In this document: in pieces, positions 23,700 through 37,520 of the stretch | Layout of the letters: every line of letters begins with the position of its first letter | Numbering within the stretch: position 1 is the stretch's first letter | From: Utricularia gibba | Lineage: Eukaryota; Plantae; Magnoliophyta | DNA length: 64,000 nt | Direction of reading: 5' to 3' | Assembly: GCA_002189035.1 (NCBI GenBank) | Contig: NEEC01000021.1 | Coordinates: forward strand, 62,001 to 126,000 | Translations under genes and position numbers: made by a program | The notes under the pieces: generated by a model | What the model saw: the letters and a program-made list of their open reading frames with translations, nothing else | Database searches by the model: none | Told to the model about the DNA's origin: nothing

Positions 23700-26600
23700 T
23701 GTGCTTTTGTTTGCTGCCGTAAATGCATATCTTCAGATAAAACCTTTTAAAATTAAATTGATTCTTCTTTCATTGATTCAGCAATCCCAAAAATTTTTTT
23801 TGATCAAATGAAAAATATTTTTCTTTTCACTCTCCTTTTTGTTACATAAATACTGTTAAGAGTTCTATAATTGAAAACAAAAATGTGTGTAATTCTGATT
23901 TGTATTCCAGATGGATAACATAAAATGGGAAATATATTTCATTTCATACCATGCTCTTGATATTTAATTCAATCTTTTGCAACAAATCCCAAAGAATTTT
24001 TTATTTCCAAGTTCCATGCTATTGTTACTTAATATTCGTATGTCTAAGGAATAGGTTTTGTTTTTCTCTCAGCTTTGCACTCCAATTGTTAAGAATTTAA
24101 TTTTTGTATTTCCTTGGTCGAAACAGGGATATCTCGATCTGGGGGGAGAACGAATCAAGATACTTTTGGAATACCAATAGCCATGAATTATAGGAAAAAA
24201 GAAACTAAATTCTCTATTTAATTTCACTTTCATGCGGAAACTTAATAATTTAATATATTATTTTATTTTTTTAAAAATATTAGGGATGTTTTGAATTACT
24301 TTTTTTACAATTGACTTTTACGCTTATGAAATTATAAGTTAATTATAAGTGCATAGCGTTTGATTTCATATAAATTCAATATCATATCCAAAGTTGTTTT
24401 TGAAACACAAATGCCAAAAAAAATCAAATCTAATAATAATACCAAACAACCAAAACAAGAAAATACTAATATAAAGAAACAATCAATTGCTGTATAAGGA
24501 TTCAAAATCACATACCAATATAAAGAACTATCAAACGATATAAATAATCCAAAAAATCGTATAAATGAAAAGAATAAAGATAAATAAAATTTTCTATAAA
24601 TTCACTATTAAAATAATTATCAAAATCATAGTAACTGCCATGCGAAGATTTATATGTGAAATATTAAAATTTAACATCTAAATAACACAATTGAGCGAAT
24701 TCAAACAAAATCAGTTTTTGAAAACCATTGATAATCGTCCTAAGGGGAGAGAATGGAGAAAATGAAAACGCTGACATAAATTTAATCAATTTCTTGATTT
24801 TAAATAGGTATCATAAATATGAACATTTTGGTAATTACAAGAATTCAATTTATTTAAAAAGAAAATTAAGTTTATTCTATTTTTAAAATCAACTTATAAT
24901 TAAATAAAAAATATTAATTTAAAATCACTCGTAACTAATAAACAAAACAATTATATAAATTATAAATAACTTAAACTCACTTAAACTAATTTATAAGTAA
25001 TGCAAAACATTGTCAGTGTATTTACAACAATATCCACATGGTATTCCAATATCGAAAAAATGAAAACAAATCAAATTTCTACGAATAAATCCTAATGATC
25101 ACATTTCTTCATATAAATGATCTCAAACGCTATTGTACATTGGTCCTTATCAAATATAAAATAAATTTGCTTCTCTTGATTACTACCAATGGAATAGAAA
25201 AATATTCAAAAATAATCCATTGGACAAAAAAGGTACATAAGATAGTCATAGGCTAGTCTTTTAAGAAATGGCAGTAAATGTATCAGGAATCTTATTTTGC
25301 TGTCCAAAGAAATGATTTATTAACATAATGAGTCACGCCTGATGAAAGAGGAAACAAGAGTCCATCATAGCTGCTTAGTCTCCCAAGAAACACTACCAAT
25401 GAGACTCATAACTCCTAGCTCCTAAACTAGGAACAACTCTGGCTTGGTTTCAAGATGTAGAATCTATGTTGAATCACCATTTAGTTCCTTCACCAAACAT
25501 ACACTCTCTTGAAAATCGGCACAAGCAGTGGAGATTGTGGTTTAATTCGAGTTGTAATTCACTAGTTATTCGCGATGCTCGCCAAAAATGGAATCCCATA
25601 TTTCTATTCAATAGTGTATGAATAGTTCCTTGATTTTGAAAATTTCCTATTTTTCACTTAATGATGGAACTCAATATCGTATTCGTCTAGAAGGGAAACA
25701 AAAATTGCATTTTCACGAAGTTGTTACATAATGACTTTTTAGAACACCTTGGAATGAGATCAATGGCAGAATATCGAACCTTAAATGGCTAAGTTAAGGT
25801 ATAGTTGACTCAATTTCATTGATATTTGGATTGATTCAATTACGTTCTGGGCACGAAAAGAGTCACGTAGTTCCCACGGGGTGGAGATGAGAATAATTAC
25901 TAACTCTAGTAATAAAAATAATTACTAACTCTTGATTCGGTCTAGGTGCTAGGATAACAATTTGGTTCTTAGGTTCTTCGATTTGTTCAGAAAAATAAAA
26001 ACGATCCTAACCCTGCTTCACCTTAATTATTATTTGAAAAAGTAAAAGTTTTCTTAGATTTCAAGTGTTTCCAAAATCTTCTTCTATCCGAAGAACTGGT
26101 TGATCGTGAATGTACACCGAATCCATTCTGTAGTTCCCTGTCAGGAAAGAAAACCAACTCATTTTCTACCCTTATTCCTAGAAAATTGAGTTTCTTTTTT
26201 CTTTTTTGAGTGTTATAACCTATGGATATTGTTATTTATAATCTATTTGGACCTCCCCTCAACATAGGAACACACGTTGTCTAACTACCAAAAAAACTAC
26301 ATTATGGGAAAGTCAAAATTCCATTGAAGAAAGGGCTTTAAAAAATCCAATCGATTGTTGATAATTCAAGTAACAGATTCTAGCCAAAATTAAGGATCTT
26401 CTGAATCCTACTTGGGAAGATTTGATTCAGATTCATTCACCCCACAAATAACACATTACACCCTAATCATATTGGCCTTCAGGAGGAATATGTCCATTTG
26501 AAAGCTCTAGATTTCGAGTAAGTGTTTCCAGAATCTTCTTATATCAACATATGGATGAATATACAAGCATACATTTCATGCTTGTTTGAAATACGATCAA

Positions 26601-27570
26601 TGCCTTTTTTTTTCTAGTATTCTTTTTTATTGTAAAGGACTGGGGAAACTGTAAAATATGCCACTTATGTTTATTGATTTGATAATTTATGCCACATGTA
26701 TTTTCTAACAGTTAATTTTACCACAAATCAAATTTATATCGCAATTTATGCCATTTTCTATATTAAAATTAATATATTCATGTGTTTTTAATTTTAAATT
26801 CTTTAAAATAATAAATTTCTTGTCTATTTCATACTTTTTAATATTGTACTTTTTTATTTTTTTAATTGGTCTTTTTTATATTAATAAATATTTTTTGATT
26901 ATGAAAATTATTGTTTTTCATTAATAATAATAATAATAATACTAATAGTTTTTTATGTTTTTTTGTTATTGTTATTTTTAGATTTTTGTATGGATTATTT
27001 TTTTGTTATAACAATATGTAATATGTACTATAAATGAATTTGTATAGATATTGAAACTTTATTATATTTATATAAATTGGTTTTTGAATTTATTTTCCAA
27101 TATAAATGTTGATTTTCACAAATATTTGATTTATTTGTCCTCATTTTGTAAGGTTTATATACTCTAGTTTTCATAATTTTCGTGATTTTAAAAATGTATG
27201 GCATAAATTACCAAATTGAAAAATAAGTATGGTTGATTTTGATATTTTTCTATAAAAAATGGCATAAATTGCAATATAAATTTGATTTGTGGTAAAATTA
27301 ACTGTTAGAAAATATATGTGGCATAAATTGCCAAATCAATAAATGTAAGTGGTAAAATTAACTGTTAGAATATTCTATGTTACTAACCTATCTAAAAATA
27401 TCCTACATAAGAAATTAAATGAAGTACCCCATATAAAGGAAAAGTATCCAAAAAATAATGTACTATTTACAAGTTTGGGAAAATGGAGAATCACATTGAC
27501 ACATTACCGTGGAGATTCTGACCAAAAAATAATCATGATCCAAACAATGAAACCATAATCTGGTGAAACA
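23700..27570. other. Mosaic NUPT copy 1, interrupted by insertions at ~24075-25010 and ~26645-27400
   Basis: psaA + 25439-25483 (LAWFQDVESMLNHHL); psaA - 25549-25597 (WRASRITSELQL); rpoC2 - 25600-25638 (QNQGTIHTLLNRN); rps4 + 25672-25716 (QYRIRLEGKQKLHFH); ycf2 + 26063-26107 (KCFQNLLLSEE), with related ycf2 pieces at ~25290-25337, ~26365-26405 and ~26507-26545. Confidence 0.75.
26655..27355. mobile_element. Foldback / MULE-type MITE with ~105-bp TIRs
   Basis: 26668-26770 (CCACTTATGTTTATTGATTTG...TTTATGCCATTTTCTATA) is a close inverted copy of ~27250-27353, around an AT-rich core. It is absent at the equivalent site of copy 2 (~62830). Confidence 0.75.
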
Positions 27571-28699
27571 CCATTAAAGGCATCCTATTTATTATGCGAA
27601 AAAGTTTGCATACACTGATAGGATTTCTGATTTTGAATGATTAAAGAAGTATTTTGCACAATATATATATATTCTCTAATGAAGGCACCACAACTGAATT
27701 TCCTGTTACAGATTGTGGTAATTTATAAGGGCAACAAAAATGCGAGAGCATATACTTTTGTTCTAAGGCATGTAGAAATGTATATATATGAATTAAATGT
27801 ATTATATATTGAATATTGATTTGTGTTAAACTTCTGTTGATTATAGCCATGCAGGGATGCATTTGAAATTTGTGAAATGAAAGTGATAGGAGTGAATGGA
27901 ACACATAGTTTTTGGAAAATGACAAGGGAAGATTTTGGTTATGACATGTTCAAACTTTAATAACAGTATTTTTTCTCTTGCTTGCAGTGTCGTGGGTTGT
28001 GAAAAACTGAAAATTTAGAAATGGTTTCTTACTATTATTGTAAAGGATTATAGAATAACTGATGATGCTGAAAATCAATTATAATTATATCATACCAAGG
28101 AAGTAGTTTAATTCCTACAATTAAGTGTGTATTTTCAAACGCCAAGATAGACATCTATATTATTTTATTTCTAAAATATGAATTAATTCCTGTAGGTTTG
28201 ATATTGTGTCATTTACTTATTAAAAAATTTATAAAAAAATAAAGTTTCAATGATACATATTGTGAGAAGATATCTGTGGAAGATAGATCTATCAACTACT
28301 AAAACACAATTCAGCAAGGTGATGGAGGCTTTAAAACGTGTCATGTCAAAAGGGTTTTACTACATGACAAAGACACTGATCCATGTCATTTGTCAAATGA
28401 TTTTTTTTAACATGCTTCAAATGTGCATTGTTGACCAATAAAATTCAGAATCCTAAAACACTGCATTAAACGAAGCACGTCACTTGGAGTTGATCGAGAT
28501 GTTAGATAAAATCAATGATAAATTTTCTATTTGGTTTGTTAATCAACGAAAAGAATCATAGAAATAATAATATTTGAAATGCCAATTGTGAATGAAAATG
28601 GATTTTTTTTTTTTTTGAAAGATTGTGATCGAGAAATTACAGATGGATACTAGATATAGAAAAAGTGACAATGAACTTGCAGTACACCAATGTGATTGT

Positions 28700-29530
28700 T
28701 GTGAATGAGAAGTGATTAGTACGTTTAATAGTTTGTTAGTTTACACTAACATAAAATCATAGTATTTTGAAAATTTAAATTGATGGAATAGGTATCACTC
28801 ACAAGCACACATGTCAAGCTCTTCTTCATCAATATGAAGTGTTTTTGAACTACACTAGTTCATACTACACCAAAGATATGTACGTAAAAGTGTATGATAG
28901 AGATATTTTTCATGTGCCAAGTGAGGAACTGATGGAGCATTAAATCAGTAAGTGGCACGTTGAAGTAAACAGTGGAGATACTTATGAATCAACGAATTGA
29001 GGAACAACAAAATCGGTTCTTCTTGGATGAAATCAGTTGGGAAAAGGTCTCATACGTGTTTTGATAGTCTGTCATAGGCGGACAGACCGATAAGTGTCAG
29101 ATCTAGGTAACGGCATCTGTTTTTGGCAGAGTCTAAAAAGTAGCTGAGTTACATGAATATCAAAACAATCGGTGGTTATCTATCAACATGACCACATATA
29201 CGGTTGCCAGACACAGAAAACAGTTGACATCTGCAGTATTTGATCGAGCCATCTTCCCCTATAAATAGAAAAATGCTTGAGGGAAAAGGAGATTGGACTC
29301 TGAACACACTACTTGTAATCTTCTTTTGTCCTTCGTTAGTGAAACCCAATTTTTCCTGACGAGCTCTACCAGTTCTGTGGTTTTTCCATCCCTAGGCGAT
29401 TTCCACATAAAAATGTCTGTCTCCTTTCTTCCTTATGTTGCATAAATCAGTTGTGTCTTGATCAATGCAAACTGGTAGTAGACCTGCATTAAAACCCCAA
29501 AATTGGGCAATACTGATTTCTAACCACAAC
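28700..29530 (+). mobile_element. Tat/Retand-like LTR remnant
   Basis: CCCCTATAAATAG TATA box followed by a purine-rich tract; 3' end GATTTCTAACCACAAC. The 5' end and TSD are unresolved. Confidence 0.35.
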
Positions 29531-31343
29531 CGAACATTGACCAAAACTTGATAATTTGCCAATGTTACCTCTTATTTAGACACAATGGAAACCTGGGGTC
29601 CATTAAAGAATCAACTTACAAAGCATATTAGATCTATCATGTATGAAAGTTGCGACTAGATAGGTCATAACAGAAGACCATGTTCTAAACCTTTTAAAAT
29701 GAAAGTCTCTAAAAATGCACAATAACATGAAAAAACTGTTGAAGCAGCACATGAAGGTGGACAACAATATGAACAAATTTCCTAAATAGTCAAAATGTTG
29801 GTGAAAGATGAAAAATAAGTAGATGAAGAGGTCAAAGTTTCACAATGCAATGATGACAAGCATAGTGATTGTCAATTATTATGCATCAATACGTATTCCA
29901 AGTCACATCAAATTTTTCTGATTTTTTCCAATGATGATTGTCATGGACCCCAATACCCATGACTCTAATCATAAGTTGGGACTGTTAAGCGAACAGTAGA
30001 ACACAACCATACACGGTCAAGAAAATGACAATCTTGTAAATCCAGAATCACAAGTATAAGATTCAGCCATCAAAAAGGATATTGTTTACACTAGAAGATT
30101 ATTAGGCAGAACATTATGAATTCTTTATATATCAATTATACTTTGTTGACGTGTTTCATATTTTTCTAAGAAAATCATAGCAATAAATCAAGCATTAATA
30201 TTAGAGAAAGTATCCTTTGTAGATGTGTTTTGGTTCCAAAATGTAATTACATACAAATTTGATGAATTTAATTGGTGCAACAAACATCAATCAATGATCA
30301 ATGCATACTTGTTTATATCGAATGTGGTGAAAACTGTACAAATTGATAAAAATAAAATAAGATTACTGCTTTATGTAATTTTCCAATACCATAAATAACT
30401 CTCATCTTATAAACCTTGATTTTGTTAATTCAAGAAAATCCACAATCATGAAAGACCTTCCTATTCTTGTAGTACGCACAGACCGATTATCAGAATGATT
30501 TACTTCCAGAAATAATCAACAAGAATGCATCTTCAGAAAAGGAAAAAAGCAGAACAGAAGAGAAAAACAAACTCACTTGGTGACATTGGAGAAGGGGGTA
30601 CAGAACATGAAAAAAACGAATTGATCCGAAGTGGTGGGAGGCTGGGGACAGGCTTCGCAAGCCACAAAACTAATTCTAGAAATACATATTAAATAAAATT
30701 TCTGTCAAGTTGTGCCTCTCTAATATCTTTACTCTGAATAGTACTAATATAAATAAAGGAAATAACGTAGTAATATCGAATTTACAACGATAGAAAAAGC
30801 TTTTTAAATAAGTCAATTCATTTATTATAGCAGCTCGTGTGTTAGTTGACCATCCTTACCTTATCTCTCACACACTATGTTACATTTTAACATTGAGGGT
30901 GACCACTTTTCTTACTCAGTAATATGATAGTAGCCAGATTTCTAAATCACCCGAACAAGGGGTGATATTGAGCATGTTTCCTATTTCTTCTCGAAAAACC
31001 AAAGTTGTTGAAACCTTACCAATCCACTCAGGATTTATTAATTTTTAATGCCTATTTTTTAAGGATGAAAAAAGCCACCATTAATGCGAACTAAACAAGA
31101 AATTGAGGTAACGTGGTAGACTTTGGGATCAGTTTGTACTTAAAAAGTAATTAAAATAATGACACAAATAAAAGCTTCTAGAAATATTGCGAAAAAAAGC
31201 TAAAAGAATGAAAAAGGCATAGGTAGTCGTAATCGTTTATTGTTCTGGAACAGAGATTATTTTAATTGAATGATAGAGTAGATATATTACTCTAAATCCT
31301 GATCAAAGATAAAAAAATGTGGTTGATCTGGAATACCGATCTT

Positions 31344-34300
31344 TGATAGCATACAAATTTTCATGTTTTTAGGATATGAAAATCATGAGTTTTTAATTAT
31401 ATTTAGTTGTTTATTTTACAGTTTTAAGTATTTTTATATATAACTTAGGAAAATGTGATTTTTGGTGTATTAGTGGGCTAAATCCTGATTTAGCCCACCC
31501 ATGTTCTAACCCAATTTTGAGCCTAGCAGATACCCGAAAATTAGGGAAAAGTCAAGGATTTTGTGTAAGCTACCGCACAATAGGAGGCAATGGATACACT
31601 GTCCAGACAACAGTCTGCAAGTCAAGAGCAGGAGCAGTGGAACTGTCAAAGAATGTACCTGCCTTGGGTAGTGGGAGGCGAGAGAAAGTGAGAGGAGAGA
31701 GAGTCACAAGACAACAACACGTTTTTAAGAACTAGAAATTGAGAGAGCTATCAGCAAGAACAGGATAAGAGTTAGGGAAGCGAGCAGATTGAGGTAGCTC
31801 CCACCCGAGACTAGCAACAATTTCAAAATGGATGAACCTGAGAAGACCTTGAACGAATTGGATGCTGTTGATCATACTTACAGGGGTATGTGCATCAGAT
31901 TTCCAGAGGATGTAGCAAATGAACTGAAGCCGGCGATGATAAATTTGTTGCCCAAATTATATGGAAAAATTGGAGAAAATCCCCATGAGCATCTAGACAA
32001 TGTAACAGCAGTATGCACATCATTCAAGGGAGCTGGAATGACTGAATATTCAATTTGTTTGAGAGCCTTCCAGTTTACTTTGGAAGGAGGAGCCAAAACA
32101 TGGTTCAACTCACTAAGACCTGGAAGTATAACCGATTGGGCTGGAATGAAGAAGGTGTTTTTGAGGAAGTATTTTCAAGCTTCCAAGGCTGAAGGTATTA
32201 GAAAAGAAATCAGTAATATTGAACAAATGAGTGGAGAATCATTGCATGAATATTGGGAAAGAGTTAATTATCTTTTGGTCTCCTGTCCACACCATGGTTT
32301 TCAGACCAATGCCTTGGTCAAGTATTTCTATGATAGATTGTTATGCACTGACCGAGCCATAGTAGATTCAGCGGCGGGAGGATTTCTAAGGAAAAAGACA
32401 CCAACCGAAGCTCTTTCTTTGCTTGAGGAGTTGGCTGAGCATTCAAGACATATTATTAGGAAGCAAGCCTCAAATAAGAGGGTGTATGAAGTGGAGAGCA
32501 AGCCCAGGATTTCAGAGAATGAACTCACAAAAAATGTTGCTGCTTTGTCAGAAATGATGAAGGAGCTGTTGTTATTCCAAGCTAAGAACATGTCGTGCGG
32601 AAACTGTCACAGAACAAGGCATGTTGCGGAAAAGTGCTCAGATTTATTTGAAGAAAAGCATGTCAAGGCTATGGGATACTTGGATCCCCAGGAAGGGAAG
32701 AAATATGATCCATATTCTAATACTTACAACCCAGGCTGGAGGGATCACCCAAATTTTCGTTGGACCAACAACGAAAATTCTTACAAAGGGAAGAGTTCAA
32801 CCATGGAGCAGCAAAATTTTCAGGAGCAAAGATCTTATCGGGCGCCTGCATTTAGAAGTCAAAACCAACAAAACCCACAGCCATTTCAAGCCCCAAATCA
32901 AGGCAATGCTAGGAGAAATTCTGGAAATTTGTTGGAAGAAATGTTGAAGACATTCATGACGCAATCAACGAAGAATCAAGCTGAAAATCAACAAGCAATC
33001 CGGAATTTGGAGGTTCAAGTGAATCAGTTGGCAGCAAAGCCTGGAGACCTGAAACAGAAAGGGAGTTTACCATCTCAACCCAAGGCAAACCCAAATTCTA
33101 GTGGAGGATCGAACATTAGCACCATGACACTTACGAGTGGAAAAAAGAAACCTAAACGAGAACTAGTCCAGTTTGAGACTAAGGAGAATGAGATAGAGGA
33201 GTATGAAGTTGTTGTGCAAAGTGAGGACAAAATTGAAGTACTCCTTGAACCTGTCACGGTGAAGGTGACCTAGCCTCCTTTTCCAGGAAGGCTGAAACTG
33301 AAGGATGAGAAAACCCAGAAAGAGAAAATGTTAAAGGCATTGGGAAACACTCAATTGAATTTAACTCTCTTGGAGTATATTGATCTTGTGCCAAAGAGTG
33401 TTAAATATTTGAAACAGCTATGCATGTCTAAACCCAAGCTGAAAGAGAAGGGTAAGGTGAAATTGAGTGAAAGCTGCTCAGCATTTTTGACATGGAAACT
33501 ACCCGAGAAGCGCAAAGATCCGGGTACATTTTTTATCCCATGCAAAATAGGAGATTTGTGCATCAGGAGAGCCATGGCAGACCTGGGAGCTTCTATAAAT
33601 GTCATGTCAAATTCTGTTTATGAGTCACTTAGGTTGAGATCTTTGCAAGCATCGGGTGTACAAATTGAGTTAGCGGATAGGAGAGTGATTTCTCCCAAAG
33701 GTTTGGTAAAGGACGTTTTGGTGAAGATTGAGCATCTTGTATTCCCACCTGATTTTTATGTGGTTAACATGCCCACTAGAGGATCAAAGGACACGACAAT
33801 CATCTTGGGAAGACCCTTCTTGAGCACTTCAAATGCCATCATCAACGTGAAAATGGGAACTATTGAGCTTTCTTTTGATGACGACAAAATTACACTGGAC
33901 ATGAAGGATGTGAAGAATTATCCCAGTGATTTTGAGAGCATTTGTGTTGTAGATATCATGGATGGACTAATTGATGAGCACTTGAAGAAAGAAATTCAAT
34001 AAAAAGAAGAGGCTCATGAAGAATCTTTATTTGCAAAATTTGAAGCTGAAGAAAAATTCGAGCAATTAAATGTGGTGCAAGCCAAGACTCAAGAAGAGAG
34101 GTTAGCTGAATTGAAATCGTTGCCTAACCATTTAAAATATGTTTTTCTTGATGCAGAGTTCAGGAACCCGGTTACCATCTCCACTGGTTTAAGCTTAGAT
34201 CAAGAGTCGCAACTGCTCGAGGTCCTCAACAGAAACAAGAAGGCAATAGGTTGGATGCTGGATGGCATTGAGGGGATCTGCCCATCCATATGTATGCACA

Positions 34301-34841
34301 AAATATTTTTGGAGGATGGTGCAAATACAGCTCGTCAACCTCAAAGACACCTCAACCCAAACATGATGGAGGTGGTAAGAAAAGAAATTGTTAAACTCCA
34401 TGATGCAGGAATTATTTACTCTATCACACATAGTAAATGGGTGAGCCCCATTCACGTGGTGCCAAAGAAGACAGGGATGACTGTGGTAGAAAATGAGAAA
34501 GTCGAGCTTGTTCCACAAAGAGTGCAAAATGGATGGCGGGTTTGCATTGATTGAAAATTAAATGAAGTGACAAAGAAAGACCATTATCCTTTGCCCTTTA
34601 TTGATCATATGTTGGAAAAATTGGTTGGAAAATCATTTTATTGTTTTTTGAATGGATACTCTATATATAATCAGGTTCCTATTTCAGGGCAAGACTAAAG
34701 GATTTAGCCCACTAACACATCAAAAATCACATTTTCCTAAATTATATATAAAAATAATTAAAACTATAAAATAAACAACTAAATATAATTAAAAACTCAT
34801 GATTTTTATATCCTAAAAACATGAAAATTTGTGTGCTATCA
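31344..34841 (+). mobile_element. Rearranged Athila-type gypsy element: LTR head (31344-~31735), gag-protease-partial RT (31828-34698), inverted LTR head (34699-34841)
   Basis: The internal region is closely similar to the full element at 48634-59632. Termini are TGATAGC... and ...GCTATCA, forming 143-bp inverted arms with 7 mismatches by my count. TSD ATCTT at 31339-31343 and 34842-34846. Confidence 0.9.
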
Positions 34842-35029
34842 ATCTTTCATATTCCAATGATTGGATGAACCTAGAAAACCCCCACAAGAATTTCTGATCG
34901 TTCCATCATTTGTTTATAGTGTGGTGAGCATGGAAATACCACGATACTCACAATGATGGTAGAGAATGGCGATACTACGTCACTAATCAAAATGTTGGTT
35001 GCTGGTATTGAGATGGACAGAGTGGGTCT

Positions 35030-37520
35030 CATGCATCTAAGCGGCTTCGATCATCCCAATGCCTCACTTGTAAGTGAGTTACTCACTACACAGAACTACT
35101 TTGATTGACAGTGGGGAATGCATCTTGCATTAGGATCAAAGAATAAGTAAGGTATCATCTATCGTGCATTTCTAAGCCTCTGCAGACTGATCCAACTTAT
35201 AATCTTTGGATGAGAAACGACTTTATGGTGATGTCATGGCTGATAATCTCTATTTCTAAGGATCTCGTGTCGAGTTTTACTGTTTTAATGAGCATGCCCC
35301 CAGTATATCATCACCTGCATGTGTTTGGTTTTTTAGTGTATGTTGCTAATATCTATACTAGAAGTGATAAGCTAGCCCCTCGGACCTAGAAGTGTAGTTT
35401 ATTGGGATATCCAATGGATCATAAAGGGTATAAATTGTATGATATGCATACTAAGGACATTTTCATATCAAGGGATGTAAAATTCTTGGAGCATGTGTAC
35501 CTCTTGAAAGGTACTTCCATAGATTTAGACTCTTTGGATGTCTTGTTGGCTTTACTCTTCCCGGAATCTGATGATGCCTTGATGGTGATGACGTGTTCCC
35601 TAGAGTTAATGGCACATGTGTTGATCCCACCGATCCAAATTACTCCCACAGTGGCAACCTCCCACATGATCCACTTGTTGGGGATGTGACAATAGGGATC
35701 TCGTTCTAGTGCCAATGTAAGGCCTACAGTTGCAGAGTGTCCTATTGTTGATATTGACGATGTAAGGTCTCAACTTTTGAGGTGTCCTACTGCTAGCATC
35801 GATCAAGCAGCATGATATTCTGATACTCAACAGAAGTCTTTTAAGAGTGGCTTTCTTCAATACAGTTCTCGTGCTCGATTCACTCCTGTTTTGATGGAGG
35901 ATTATTATATCTATCAGGTTAATATTTCACAATCTGAGAAACCTCCTTTGATGCAAGAACAGAGAAATTATTAAGAGGCCAACCGATACTCTTATTGGTG
36001 TGAGGCAGTGGAATAGGAACTACATGCTTTGGAGCAGAACCGCACATGGGAGCTTCTGAAATTACCCTCTGGAAAATGAGCCATTGGTTGTAATTGGATA
36101 TATAACATCAAGAAGCTATCTAATACACAGTTGGAATGATACAAGTGTCGTTTTGTGGCAAAGGGATATTAACAGATTGTACTAGTTGATTTTCATGATA
36201 GTTTCGCACTAGTTGCTAAGGTCACAACTATCTGGCTTCTCTTAGATTTAACATCAAAGCATCATTGGCATTCTCATCAAGTTGGCATCAATAATGATTT
36301 CTTCATGGCTATTTGGATGAGGAGATCTCTATGCAACCACCGGAAGGATTCTCTTGTAGACTAGTCGAAGTGGGTGTTTGTTGAAAAGATCCATGTATGG
36401 TCTTAAGCAAGCGTCGTGGCAATGGAATGTCGAAAACACTAAGTTTAGGTTTCGCTCAAGCCTCATCTAATCCCTGGTCTGGTTTTCTAGCTTTTTTGAT
36501 GTATGTTGATGATATTCTTATCGTTGGATTATCTACTTTGGACATTATGGATCTAAAGAGAGCCCTCGATGCTAAGTTTACGATCAAAGATCTTGGTGAA
36601 GCCAAGTTCTTCTTAGGGGTTGAAACCTCACAAACTGTACTTGGCCTCTACTTGCCTCAACATAGATATCTATCTGGCATCTTAGACAATTTAGATCACA
36701 CTACCTTACGGTTGGTAGACACTCCATTCTGTCACGGCTATATATTCTCTGATGGCCCTTCTGAGCCAATCTTCATTGATGAGTATCGAACATTAATTGG
36801 GAAATTGCTTAATTTTGGCTTCACTTGTCCGGATATATCCTTTGTGGTTCAAAACTCTCTCAATATGTGCATTTACCAAGAACTGAGCAGTGATTAGTCC
36901 TGCGACGCCACCTCTCATTGGTTATCTCTTTGCTACCTCCTGTTTTAGGTTATTTTATCCTTATGGGGGCACCCCTTACATTGAAGTCTACTGTGATGCG
37001 GATTGCGGTGCCTGCCACAATACCTGCCATTCTGTTACCGGATTTTGCATTTTTCTTGGAGTATGTTTGGTTTCATGGAAGACCAAGAAGCATAAAACCA
37101 TGCCACGTTTTTCTACAAAGGCTGAATATCACAGTATGGCAGCTAAAACTGCAAAGCTCTTATGGTTGTCTTATGTTATGAAGGATCTCATGGAGGAGGT
37201 GCACACACCGATTCCTTTGTAGTGTGTTAGCCAATCGGCTATTCATATTACAGCTAGTCCTGTTTTCAACAAATGCACGAAGTATATTGATATTGACTGT
37301 CATGTGGTGCGAGATCAGTATAAAAAATGTTTCCTTTCCCCCTTGTTTGTGCCTTCCTAGGAGTAATTGATTCTGTGCCCCTCCATACCCTTGTCTCCAA
37401 GCTTGGGTTGCATTTCATGCCACACCAGCTTGAACAGGGGATAAAGACAGAGTATGATACGCAGTCCACTCCTGATATCAAACACCATGGTACCATGGGT
37501 GTACCAGTGTAGGAGCTACA
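35030..37520 (+). mobile_element. Decayed, internally deleted Ty1/copia element: gag start, integrase end, RT, RNase H
   Basis: DHPNASLVSELLTTQNY...ALGSKNK (gag); LGYPMDHKGYKLYD...ISRDVKF (integrase); YVDDILI and KDLGEAKFFLG (RT); YCDADCGAC...SVTGFCIFLG..LVSWKTKK...STKAEY (RNase H). Confidence 0.88.
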
